DNA of 64,000 nucleotides from Methanobacteriota archaeon. GTDB lineage: Archaea > Thermoplasmatota > Thermoplasmata > SG8-5 > DAIRED01. Position numbers and translations under genes: made by a program. The stretch spans positions 1 to 64,000 of the forward strand of contig JAZDNO010000006.1 in NCBI GenBank assembly GCA_043799545.1, given 5' to 3'. A model generated the notes under the pieces. That model searched no databases. It was given only the letters and a program-made list of their open reading frames with translations, and was not told the DNA's origin. Of this stretch, positions 18,619-27,635 are shown in pieces. Each line of letters opens with the position of its first letter. Positions within the stretch are counted from its first letter, which is position 1.

Positions 18619-19486
18619 TGGTCGCTCTCCTCGTCGAGTATTTCGTTCGTCCGTTGGCGTCCATCGATAGGAACGCCCCCCGCGCCGCCCAGCATTGCAG
18701 GTTGATTGCCACTGGCAGGCTGGCGGTGTGGCAAGCCGCGTATTCGATGTGCACATCCAGCGCCGTGGTCTTCCCCCCCAGCCCCATTGGTCCGATGCCC
18801 AGCGCGTTCACGTCCTTCAGAATTGCCTGTTCAAGGAGCGATATCTCGCGCTCGGGGTGGCGATGGCCCACTGCTCTCATGTGGGATTTTTTTGCCAGAA
18901 GCCCGGCGCGGGACATCGTGCTGCCAATGCCCACGCCGATTATGGTCGGCGGGCAGGTTTTTCCTCCGGCTCCAAGGACTGTTTCCACTACCGCTTGACG
19001 GAGGGCTTTTTTTGGATTGGTCAGGGGGAGATTGAAGTAGCGGCTGGTGTTTTCCGAGCCGGCCCCCTTCGGCATATAGTACATCTCCAACAGGTCGCTC
19101 TCTGAGGGTATCCAGTGTATTTCCGGCACGCCTGCACCTATGTTATCTCCCCGATTTTCACGGGTGATGGGGTGCACGACGCTGGGCCGCAAAGGAACGG
19201 AGTTTGTCGCAGCGCGAACCCCGTCAACGATTCCAGACCGGACGCTTTCATCAAAGCGATTGCACCAAACGAAGAATATCGGAACTCCAGTATCCTGACA
19301 GATTGGGATGCCAAGCTTTTCTGAAAGACCGATGCTCTTCAACACCGCATCGAGTTGCGCCTTTGCCAGTCCAGATTCTTTGCGTCTTGCCGAAGCGATG
19401 GCGCTCCTGACATCTTCTGGCAGCTCGGTCACGCCCTTTCGCATCAGTTCCTGGACCGCGCGAACGAGCGTCGAATGGTCGAACAT
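18605..19486 (-). CDS. Fe-S fumarate hydratase/tartrate dehydratase alpha subunit
   Basis: PICQDTG, PKGAGSEN, CPP.IIGVGIG, GIGPMGLGG, CHTASLPVA, CWAAR. Confidence 0.9.
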   Translation of the reverse strand: MFDHSTLVRAVQELMRKGVTELPEDVRSAIASARRKESGLAKAQLDAVLKSIGLSEKLGIPICQDTGVPIFFVWCNRFDESVRSGIVDGVRAATNSVPLRPSVVHPITRENRGDNIGAGVPEIHWIPSESDLLEMYYMPKGAGSENTSRYFNLPLTNPKKALRQAVVETVLGAGGKTCPPTIIGVGIGSTMSRAGLLAKKSHMRAVGHRHPEREISLLEQAILKDVNALGIGPMGLGGKTTALDVHIEYAACHTASLPVAINLQCWAARGAFLSMDANGRTKYSTRRATNASN

Positions 19487-19523
19487 CGCCGTTGAGTATC
19501 CGCGCATCCTTAGAAAAAGGTTA

Positions 19524-20093
19524 TCACGGCACGAAGACCGCAGCGGAAACCACGGTCGTCCAGAGGCCGTGCTTGTCGCAGATGGTGCTCTGGGTTATGT
19601 TCGAGGTCTTGATGATGCGGCCATCGATTTTGAATATCTCCTTTTTTGCATCGTAATGCTCGTCGAGGTCGAACTCAATTCCATAAGTCGAAGATAGCAT
19701 CTGTGCGGCCAGGTCTTCCGCATAATCGCCGTTGCTCTTCTCCGTCTGCCCGAAGGAGTGGTGCTCGCTCAGGTAGCCGTAGTGCTTCTCGTCGGCCGGA
19801 ATCGCCACGCCGATGGATGCGGCCATGAGGCGGTTGGCCTCGTTCGAGCTGTTCTCGGCCAGGACGACAAAGACAATCTGTCCCGGGCTCAGCATCGAGA
19901 GCCCCTTGCTCTTGGGGAGGGTCTTGCAACCGGGCGGGAAGATGCTAGACACGCGCACGAGGTTGAATTTTTCGATACCCGCATCTCGTAACGCCACCTC
20001 GAAGCTGCTCAATTTCTCCTTGTGCTTGCCGACACCTTTTGTGAAAAACAGGTATCTGGGCACGAAACTCGGACCGAAGGGCTCTTCAGGCAT
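19524..20093 (-). CDS. pdaD: Pyruvoyl-dependent arginine decarboxylase
   Basis: [23 protein letters not shown] (SS cleavage site), GYLSEHH. Confidence 0.92.
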   Translation of the reverse strand: MPEEPFGPSFVPRYLFFTKGVGKHKEKLSSFEVALRDAGIEKFNLVRVSSIFPPGCKTLPKSKGLSMLSPGQIVFVVLAENSSNEANRLMAASIGVAIPADEKHYGYLSEHHSFGQTEKSNGDYAEDLAAQMLSSTYGIEFDLDEHYDAKKEIFKIDGRIIKTSNITQSTICDKHGLWTTVVSAAVFVP

Positions 20094-20349
20094 GGAGCCG
20101 GCGATTGTTTTTCAGTATTTAAGATTATGCGAATTGTTATCGCGTGGGGCGAGGCCATCCGACCCGCAACAGGATTCAATAGGAAACGGTATTGTACGTG
20201 CCAGAGGGCGCAAAATGATGACGATTGCTCAGACGATGGCGACGGAACCGCAATCGTCGGTTGTGACGATTCTACACATCTTATCGGATGAAATCGAATC
20301 GTCCAACCCGCAACAATCTTTAATACAAAAACGGTATTGGTCGTTTGTT

Positions 20350-20435
20350 GCGGGGATAGCCCAGCCCGGTAAGGCGCAGGATTGCTAATCCTGTGCTCTT
20401 TGAGCCCGGGGGTTCAAATCCCCCTCCCCGCGCCA
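20350..20435 (+). tRNA. tRNA-Ser(GCT), long variable arm, CCA encoded
   Basis: Acceptor GCGGGGA/TCCCCGC, stem CAGGA/TCCTG around TT-GCT-AA, GTTCAAAT. Confidence 0.95.
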
Positions 20436-20545
20436 TAATTTTTATTTGGGAACGGGATTTGTACCGGAGGTTCACGAGCTACGCGGAGGCGCAGCGAGCA
20501 GGACGAGGCACGAAGTGGCTCGTCCGGGAATCCCCCTCCCCGCGC
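20417..20545 (+). repeat. 17-bp direct repeat of tRNA-Ser 3' end (20417-20433 and 20529-20545) plus antisense T-arm copy at 20454-20465
   Basis: AATCCCCCTCCCCGCGC occurs twice; GGGATTTGTACC matches the reverse complement of GGTTCAAATCCC at 11/12. Confidence 0.9.
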
Positions 20546-20567
20546 TCATGTGAAGCGCTCCTCCGTT

Positions 20568-21707
20568 TTACCTGCGCCACCTGTCGCGAATTGTGCCGAT
20601 GTCTGGTTTGCTTCGGCGCTGAAGGGCGTAGCCGACAACCAGCACCGAGAGGCCGACGACAATTTGGATGAAAATGTCCTGGTCTTCCGGAGCGTTCGGA
20701 AGCCCGATAAGCCTTTCCAGATAGTTCATCGCGGCAACTGACAGGAACGTGAGGCCGACGATCGAAATGCTCACCCCCCAGAACGTTGGGGGGATGTTGT
20801 CCCGCATGACTACGGCATTCACAGCTTTTCTCGATTCGAGCACTACCGCCGCCGCTCCGAACCACAAGGCGCTGGCGGACAGGAACTCGACTCCCCTGGT
20901 GAACCAACCTTCATATTGCGAGTCGAGGGGCTTGGTCGATTCCTCAAACCCATTGGCAAGACCCGTTGCGAAAATTAGAATAGTTCCGATGTAGAACACT
21001 AGGGAGAGGTCGCCGGCATAAACGGAATCCCTGGTTTTTTTGGCCCCTATGACTATCGCGTCTCCGACGGCGTAGGTGCGCCAGAGAACGTAAATCCCTA
21101 TCAGAACCGAGAGCGTCGGCAGCGCGTAGGATGTCACCGAACCCAAATACCCGGAGCCGTTCCACAGGTAGGCCAGGACCGGATACAGGTAGAAGAGCCC
21201 CACGAGGATGAATGCCAGCGACAGCGGAGCGATTATCTTCGTCCTCAGCTTGGTATCGCGGGCGGCCTTTACGATGTAATAATACCAATTCTCCAGTTCC
21301 TTGCTTTGCTTCACGTAAACGTCGTGGACGTGGTCTATCTTCAGGCGGCTGGACACCATCGGGAAGATGAACTCGTCCTCGGCCCCGTTGCTCACAAGGA
21401 TGGCGTTGTTGGGATTGACGACCTCCATCACCTCCTCGAGCTGGCGCATCAGAGCGCGGTCAGATTTGTATCCGACATCCGCGTCGCCGCAGATAGTCGC
21501 AACCTCTACGTTCTCCCCGTCCTTTACCATCCGGTCATAGAGTTTTATTGCTGCCAAGACCGTGTTCGTGTCCGCATCTTCCGGGTCGGCGAGGCCTAAG
21601 GCCAGGGCGGCCCTGACGTTCTCCTCCCTCCCGATTATCGGTCCCTCGACCCCTCCCTTGACTCCAAGGTCGTCGTCGCGGTCTATGCAGAGAATAACTG
21701 TCTTCAT
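20568..21707 (-). CDS. DUF373-family membrane protein
   Basis: LCIDRDDDLG, ADPEDADTN, NGAEDE, VKQS, C-terminal TM helices. Confidence 0.85.
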   Translation of the reverse strand: MKTVILCIDRDDDLGVKGGVEGPIIGREENVRAALALGLADPEDADTNTVLAAIKLYDRMVKDGENVEVATICGDADVGYKSDRALMRQLEEVMEVVNPNNAILVSNGAEDEFIFPMVSSRLKIDHVHDVYVKQSKELENWYYYIVKAARDTKLRTKIIAPLSLAFILVGLFYLYPVLAYLWNGSGYLGSVTSYALPTLSVLIGIYVLWRTYAVGDAIVIGAKKTRDSVYAGDLSLVFYIGTILIFATGLANGFEESTKPLDSQYEGWFTRGVEFLSASALWFGAAAVVLESRKAVNAVVMRDNIPPTFWGVSISIVGLTFLSVAAMNYLERLIGLPNAPEDQDIFIQIVVGLSVLVVGYALQRRSKPDIGTIRDRWRR

Positions 21708-21942
21708 GTTTTCAGACCTTTATATATATCAGAAGATATTAAAGTTATGCAACGAAAAGTAAATTCACCATGCAGGCGTAGAGATTCACCATTTCCCTTT
21801 CGCCCCACCGCCGCCCGAGCGCCCCCCGCCCAACGGTTATCAGGACATCGGGTCCGCCCGTTTAAACAGGCTGTCCCGACCAAAACGAATTTATGCTGGC
21901 TACCCCTTTTAGGGGTGGCGTAAGCTTTAAATAAAGTAAAAG

Positions 21943-22017
21943 TGGGTCCGCCCGGATTTGAACCGGGGTCTGAGCGTCCCGAACGCCCAAGTATAGACCA
22001 AGCTAGCCCACGGACCC
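21943..22017 (-). tRNA. tRNA-Pro(CGG), CCA not encoded
   Basis: GGGTCCGTGGGCTAGCTTGGT...GGGCG-TT-CGG-GA-CGCTC...GGTTCAAATCCGGGCGGACCCA. Confidence 0.93.
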
Positions 22018-22100
22018 ATTGGAACGGGCGCGAATATGGCCAAGGGGTTAATAAACCTCGCCCTCGGCAGCTTTTTATTCCATCGTGCGGATGGCGGGTC

Positions 22101-22781
22101 GTGATAGAGCGCCTCAGGGAAAAGATGGCTGGGGAGATAGCCCTCTCCGAAGACCCTGGAAAGACAATACGCAAGTGGCGCGAGACTTTCCACATCTCGC
22201 AGCAGGACGTGGCGAGGCACCTCCGCGTTTCCCCCTCGGTTGTGAGCGATTACGAATCCGGGAGGCGCAGGTCCCCCGGGGTGTCGACGGTCCGAAAGAT
22301 AATCGACGCCATAATCGAGCTAGACAAGGCTTCGGGGAGCCCCGTGGCGAAACAATTCGAAACATCGGACAAGCACGAGGCCGTCATGAGCATCCGCGAG
22401 TTCCACGTCGGAATTCCGGCATCGGTCTTTATGAAGGAAATCGGTGGAAGGAACATAGCCAAGGATGTCAGCCTAATCAGGACGATACACGGCTTCACAG
22501 TCATCGACAGCCTGCGGGCGATAACTTCGCTGGCCTCCGCCGATTACCTGAAGATTTACGGGTGGAGCAGCGAGAGGGCGCTCCTTTTCACAGGCGTCAA
22601 ATACGGGCGCAGCCCGATGATAGCAATACGCGCGCACCCGCTCAAGCCCGCGATGGTGGTTTACGTCCAGCCGGAGCAGGTCGACGAGCTCGCGATTAGG
22701 TTGGCAACCCTAGAAGGGATACCCCTTGTCACGACCCAGATGCCCGTCCAGGAGCTCATTTCGAAGCTGGAATCTATGTGA
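22101..22781 (+). CDS. XRE-type HTH transcriptional regulator (archaeal conserved family)
   Basis: MAGEIALS.DPG.TIRKWRE.F.ISQ..VA..L.VSPSVVSDYESGRR.SPG; GRSPMIAIR; GTG start avoids overlap with tRNA-Pro. Confidence 0.85.
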   Translation: MIERLREKMAGEIALSEDPGKTIRKWRETFHISQQDVARHLRVSPSVVSDYESGRRRSPGVSTVRKIIDAIIELDKASGSPVAKQFETSDKHEAVMSIREFHVGIPASVFMKEIGGRNIAKDVSLIRTIHGFTVIDSLRAITSLASADYLKIYGWSSERALLFTGVKYGRSPMIAIRAHPLKPAMVVYVQPEQVDELAIRLATLEGIPLVTTQMPVQELISKLESM

Positions 22782-22815
22782 ATAGGTTTTTATACTGAAG
22801 AGGTCTCTTTGAAAT

Positions 22816-23023
22816 GCCCGCGCCACGAAGAATGTGCTGACACGTGATGCACATGGCAAGGCGAGGGGCGACACGAGCGCTCATATGGGTCCTTCGGAGA
22901 GACCGGCGGGACGCCGAGCTATGATCCGACGACAACCCGGGCGCCCGACAAACCCCCGCTAATGGGTTATGTCCGCGGAGAGAGCTAAGCTTCCTATGAA
23001 GCGGAACGTTAGTGGCGGGGGAC
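22816..23023 (+). ncRNA. Three-hairpin box H/ACA pseudouridylation guide RNA
   Basis: TATA at about 22787-22794, three hairpins each ending in ACA (22871, 22948, 23021), K-loop CTGA..TGATG in hairpin 1, GA..C-TAT-GA K-turns in hairpins 2 and 3, T-run after the last ACA. Confidence 0.8.
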
Positions 23024-23082
23024 ATTTTCCATCACTATTTATGGAGTTTCATTTTTAATACTTCGATGGCATCGCCCCGTTG

Positions 23083-24261
23083 ATGAACCGCGACTCCAGG
23101 CTCCTCACTGCTGTGGGGCTGTACCACTTCGCCAACGATGGCGCGCTAGCGGTCCTGCCTCTCGTGCTTCCGGTCATCAAGCTGAAGTTCGGCCTGACCT
23201 ACACGGACATCGGCACGCTCACCGCCGCCGGGCTCGTCGCGACGCTGCTCGTCCAGCTGATGGTCAGCCAGTTCGCCCACAGATTCAGGGCGGTCCGGTC
23301 CCTGACGATAGGCATGGCCACGATGTTCATGTTCGCGGTAATGCTGGTTTTCGTGTGGAGCTACGCGTCACTGCTGGTATTCGTGATAGGGATGCGCATC
23401 GGAGCAGCAGTCTACCATCCCATCGGTTTGGCGCTCGTCGCCAGCAGGTTCGGCAACGGCAAGATAGACATGGCGATGGGCATTCAGAGCAGCCTGGGCG
23501 ACATGGGGGTTTTCCTCGCATTTATCACCACTGGAGCGCTCGGTGCGATATTCGACTGGCAGAGCTCCTTCGCTCTGTGGGGCGCGATATGCCTCGCGGC
23601 GGCAATTGTGGGAATCGCGCTTAAAATGGGAACAGACGAGGATTCGCAAATCGGCAGGACGGTCGCACACAACGACCTCTCCTGGCGCGAGGCGTTGAAG
23701 CGGATCGGCATACTCATCGTGCCGTTGACTGTGGGCGGCGCTGGGTACAACATCATCATCAACTACGCCCCGCTCATGTTGCAGGATTTGTACGGACTCG
23801 AAATCGGGCAGTACGCGCTGGCGATAGCCCTCTGGGTGGGGACGGGCGCGGCCTTCACCTTGATATTCGGGCGCATCACCTCCCGGGTCGGACGGGGGAA
23901 GGCCATAATGGCCTCTTACGTGCTAGTGCTCGTCTCGGGATTGCTGGTATGGGCCGTAGATTCTCTGTGGATGGCGGTGCTGGCAATGTTCCTGTACGGA
24001 GTGGGGTTGTTCATGACTTATCCGGCGCTCTTCGCTTACATCACGGAGATGACTGGCGGAAAACGATCGGAGCGCGCGTTCGGCATAGTATTCACGGCGC
24101 AGTTGACTGGCGGTTTCGTCTTCTCATTCATCTGCGGCGTGCTATCCGACATGTACGACATCAAAACGCCGTTCGTGGTCCTGAGCGCGATAGCCGCCGT
24201 CGCGCTCGCGGTCACCGCGTATTACCTGGCAACGGTGAAGGCGACGCCCGCAACCGCCTGA
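23083..24261 (+). CDS. MFS transporter
   Basis: About 12 TM; HFAND, AVYHPIG, GRITSRVGRG motifs. Confidence 0.9.
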   Translation: MNRDSRLLTAVGLYHFANDGALAVLPLVLPVIKLKFGLTYTDIGTLTAAGLVATLLVQLMVSQFAHRFRAVRSLTIGMATMFMFAVMLVFVWSYASLLVFVIGMRIGAAVYHPIGLALVASRFGNGKIDMAMGIQSSLGDMGVFLAFITTGALGAIFDWQSSFALWGAICLAAAIVGIALKMGTDEDSQIGRTVAHNDLSWREALKRIGILIVPLTVGGAGYNIIINYAPLMLQDLYGLEIGQYALAIALWVGTGAAFTLIFGRITSRVGRGKAIMASYVLVLVSGLLVWAVDSLWMAVLAMFLYGVGLFMTYPALFAYITEMTGGKRSERAFGIVFTAQLTGGFVFSFICGVLSDMYDIKTPFVVLSAIAAVALAVTAYYLATVKATPATA

Positions 24262-24273
24262 GCTTGTTAGGCG

Positions 24274-24927
24274 CTATTCGACCCTGACCTTCAGCACTCC
24301 TATGCTCTCTATCCCCGCCTCGACGATATCGCTGGGCTTTATTGGGCCGACCCCTTCCGGCGTACCGGTTGCGACGATGTCGCCCGGCTCCAGGGTCATG
24401 ATGTGCGAGACGTACTCGACAACGTTCGGAATATCGAAAATCATCTGCGAGGTATTCCCCTGCTGGCGGTACTGCCCGTTGACCTTCAGCCAGATTTCCA
24501 GCTTGTGCGGGTCCGGAACGCGCTCGGCAGGCACCGCGTCGGAGATGGGGGCGAAGGTGTCGAAACCCTTTGCGGCAGCCCAGGGCCGCCCCTCTTTCTT
24601 CGCCTCCTCCTGTATGTCCCGCGCGGTCACGTCCACAAGCACGGCGTATGCCGAGACGTGTTCCATGGCGCGAGATTTCTGCACATTGCGTGCTGTTTTG
24701 CCAATGATTGCCGCCAGCTCCACCTCGTGATGGACGTTCTTCGATTGATTCGGGATGACGATGGCCCCTCCGTCGTGGACGATGGAAGTCGAAGGCTTGA
24801 GGAAAAAAAACGGCTCTTTCGGTGGCGCGGACTTCATCTCCGCCGCGTGAGCCCGGTAGTTCCTCAGGAGGCATACGATTTTCCCGACCCTCACTTCCCC
24901 CGCGCCAGCGATAATAATCGAAGCCAT
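24274..24927 (-). CDS. Fumarylacetoacetate hydrolase family protein
   Basis: RNYRAHAAEM, FFLKP, HHEVEL, DVTARD, KGFDTF, TGTPEGVG. Confidence 0.92.
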   Translation of the reverse strand: MASIIIAGAGEVRVGKIVCLLRNYRAHAAEMKSAPPKEPFFFLKPSTSIVHDGGAIVIPNQSKNVHHEVELAAIIGKTARNVQKSRAMEHVSAYAVLVDVTARDIQEEAKKEGRPWAAAKGFDTFAPISDAVPAERVPDPHKLEIWLKVNGQYRQQGNTSQMIFDIPNVVEYVSHIMTLEPGDIVATGTPEGVGPIKPSDIVEAGIESIGVLKVRVE

Positions 24928-24993
24928 GAGCCCGAATCTCCGCTCCGGTACTTAACGGAAACGGTTATCTGCATCGAAGCGCTTGCCTGAGCG

Positions 24994-26073
24994 ATGGACC
25001 CTTTCCGGCTCGCAAGGTACCCCTTCCTCTCCGAGGCCAGGCAGTACATCCTGGCTCAGGGGATGGAGCTCGAGGACCTTGTCGGCGGCGCCGCGCTAGG
25101 TCGGGCGCGCGACCGGGGCGAGCGCCGCGTCATGGAGGCGATAGAACAGGGTGCCGTCCAGCAATCTCCCATCATGAGCGAGACCGACGCCCTGGCGGAA
25201 CTCTTCTCGTATCCAATCGCGAGGATGCTGGTAAGCTGCGCCGGAGACGGCTACCTCGTCACCCGTTACGCTCTGGCCGAAGCCGTCCACGCATCAGCTC
25301 AGCTGGCGAGAGAGGATTTGGAAGACGTGATTGCCGCGGCGCAGGATTTGGGCATGGACGCAGAGGCCGGTAATGGGGGCCCGACAGTCCATTTTACCGA
25401 TTTTCTGGCATATTCCGCGCAGATGCGCAGCCCGGAATGGAAGCTGTCCAACCAGGACTTGAGGTGTGGGAGGGCGCTGGTGTCGAGGGACCGTCTCGTG
25501 AGGCTGTGCCAGCAAGCACTTCAGGAAAAGCTGGAAAGCGAGCTGCCGCTTCCCGTGACTGAGCAGATTACGAAGGCCTTCGAGGCGCCGGTCGGTCGAG
25601 TCAAGGAGCTGCTGGAGCAGAAGCGGAAGGAGATAAAGCCTCAGGAGATGGGGCGAGTCAGCTTCCTCCGCATGCCGCCGTGCATGAAAGCGTATGTCAG
25701 ACTCGTGGAGCAGGGGAAGAACATCCCGCACAGCGCCCGCTTCGCCCTCGTTGCGTTTCTGCACGCCATCGGAATGGGCAACGACGACATCGTAGCAATC
25801 TTCGCTACGTCTCCGGATTTCAACGAGCACATGACGCGCTACCAGGTGGACCACATCAGCGGAGTGACGTCCGGCGTGGAGTACCTCCCACCGGAGTGCT
25901 CCACGATGAAGTCCTACGGTATCTGCATCGAACCGGACTCGCTCTGCTCGAAGCCGTGGATGCAGCACCCGTTATCGTATTACCGGGTCAAGGGAAAGCC
26001 CAGGGGCGGTCCGACAAAGCCGAAGGCAGTACAGAAGAGAGCCTCGGAAAAGAGAGAGCTGGCGGAGAAGTGA
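24994..26073 (+). CDS. priL: DNA primase large subunit
   Basis: RYPFL, MPPCM, H.ARFALVAFL, PDFNEHMTRYQVDHI, Y.PPECSTM...GIC, HPLSYY. Confidence 0.93.
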   Translation: MDPFRLARYPFLSEARQYILAQGMELEDLVGGAALGRARDRGERRVMEAIEQGAVQQSPIMSETDALAELFSYPIARMLVSCAGDGYLVTRYALAEAVHASAQLAREDLEDVIAAAQDLGMDAEAGNGGPTVHFTDFLAYSAQMRSPEWKLSNQDLRCGRALVSRDRLVRLCQQALQEKLESELPLPVTEQITKAFEAPVGRVKELLEQKRKEIKPQEMGRVSFLRMPPCMKAYVRLVEQGKNIPHSARFALVAFLHAIGMGNDDIVAIFATSPDFNEHMTRYQVDHISGVTSGVEYLPPECSTMKSYGICIEPDSLCSKPWMQHPLSYYRVKGKPRGGPTKPKAVQKRASEKRELAEK

Positions 26074-26149
26074 CGGGAAAGAAGGGCACCGGGGATTCAT
26101 GGGGTGTCAGTAACGGTTTTGATAAATTCCGGACTGCCTGCCCGTCAGG

Positions 26150-26794
26150 CTACTTCGTTTCCAGCCCTTTCCATATCCTCATCGCCCTCTGGATGGCCGT
26201 CAAGTTTCCGGCCACGGCGAACCAGATGAGCATCAGCTCGATGAGGTTCAGCGGGAAAAGCCATGGAAGTGGGAGCTCCAGATTGATGCCTATAGTCACT
26301 AGGGTGAAATGGAGGAACGGAACCATGACGAGGAGCACGAGCCTGTCCGCGCGGCCCAGAACCCCCCCGTAATCGCGCTTGACCCCGAGCGCCTGAGCCT
26401 GCGTGCCCATGTAGCTCGTCAGGAACACGCCCATGAGGGCCAGTAGGCCGAGGGACAGGTGCCGCGAATAGGGGCTGAGCATTATCCCGCCCAGCATGAA
26501 GAAGTCCGCATAGCGGTCGACGACGTGGTCCAGAAGGTCGCCGCGCGCCGACGCCAGCCCGGACATCTTGGCCAGCTTTCCATCGAGAGCGTCCAGCACG
26601 CCGTTCATGGCGACGAAGACCGCGCCGACGAACAGCCAGTACACCCCATAAACGCTCGCCGCAAAGCAGACTCCCGCGAATATCGCGCAGCCCAGCGAGC
26701 TCCACGTGAGCGTGTCCGGGTGAGTGTCGCCCATGGCCTTCGCCATCGGGTCCAGGACTGCATCGGCGTCCTTTCGGTACTCGTCTAGTACCAA
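26150..26794 (-). CDS. CDP-alcohol phosphatidyltransferase (archaetidylinositol phosphate synthase-like)
   Basis: DALDGKLAK...ARGDLLDHVVDRYAD signature. Confidence 0.9.
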   Translation of the reverse strand: MVLDEYRKDADAVLDPMAKAMGDTHPDTLTWSSLGCAIFAGVCFAASVYGVYWLFVGAVFVAMNGVLDALDGKLAKMSGLASARGDLLDHVVDRYADFFMLGGIMLSPYSRHLSLGLLALMGVFLTSYMGTQAQALGVKRDYGGVLGRADRLVLLVMVPFLHFTLVTIGINLELPLPWLFPLNLIELMLIWFAVAGNLTAIQRAMRIWKGLETK

Positions 26795-27309
26795 GAGAGC
26801 ACCTCCGCGCTCCAGTCAACCTGGCCGGGTCTAAAATCCTTAGTGTCGCCGGAGATTATCCGCTCGATGTCGCTGGCCACGCGCGAGGCCTTTTTGCGCG
26901 TGGCATTAATCTCGCTTGTGCGGGCGCAGGCGTCCAGAGCTTCCATCAGGACCAGGTCTATGGCCTCGGCCTCGATGTTGTCGCGAAGCTTCCTATCGGA
27001 ATATCCGCGCCCGGCCAGCCGCTCGGAGAGGACCTTGGGGGAGCACCGCAGAACTATGCAAAGGTCGGGGCGGAGGTGATGGCTCAGGTGACCTTCCACT
27101 ATGGCGAAAGGCTCCGCCTTGCGAAGATCGTCCATGCAGCCAGCCAGTTTTTCCACATCCACGGTAAGTTCGCCCCGCTTGCGACCGGAAACAGCCTTGC
27201 GCTCCTCGGCCAGACCAGCGACGTCCCTGACACTGCGACCATGCAACCTCAACATGTCGCACGCAGTCGTCTTTCCCGTTCCGGGGGTTCCTGTCACGGC
27301 TACCAACAC
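26785..27309 (-). CDS. Adenylate kinase AK6/Fap7 family
   Basis: VTGTPGTGKTT, EGHLSH, LRCSP..L..RL..RGYS..K..DNIEAE; TATA about 25 nt upstream of GTG 27309. Confidence 0.9.
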   Translation of the reverse strand: MLVAVTGTPGTGKTTACDMLRLHGRSVRDVAGLAEERKAVSGRKRGELTVDVEKLAGCMDDLRKAEPFAIVEGHLSHHLRPDLCIVLRCSPKVLSERLAGRGYSDRKLRDNIEAEAIDLVLMEALDACARTSEINATRKKASRVASDIERIISGDTKDFRPGQVDWSAEVLSWY

Positions 27310-27635
27310 GCCGGGTGATTCCCTCCGGAGGTTTAAAAACCCTTCCCTGCACAACCCCCTTTCTCGCTTCGCTGCGCTGAAACGCTTTCTTTGGCCCTCG
27401 CTGCGCTGGATGAGCCCTCACAAAGAAAGCATTTGGAGCAAAGAAACTCGGGCCATTCGAAGGTGGCGGAGTCACCGAGACACGGGCTTTGACAAAATGC
27501 ATGGCTAGCCCAGTGCCAGCTCGGCTCGACCGTGCCTGTCTTTTCGCTGGGCGGGGGCAGAGGTGCAGCCTACTAACGCCTCAATTTTGGTCGCCCTCCC
27601 AAAGATTATATATTGCGCGAGTCATCACACATCCG

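Noticed and set aside
20215-20270. Box C/D sRNA starting at ATGATGA 20215
   Set aside because: No properly spaced CTGA D or D' boxes; inverted repeats explain the region better
21942-22100. N-terminal extension of the HTH regulator ORF
   Set aside because: Runs through tRNA-Pro on the opposite strand; homology starts at GTG 22101
22816-23023. SRP RNA, RNase P RNA or riboswitch as the identity of the structured spacer
   Set aside because: No SRP helix-8 GGAA/AGCA motif or RNase P P4 motifs; the MFS gene has its own TATA downstream; H/ACA features explain it better
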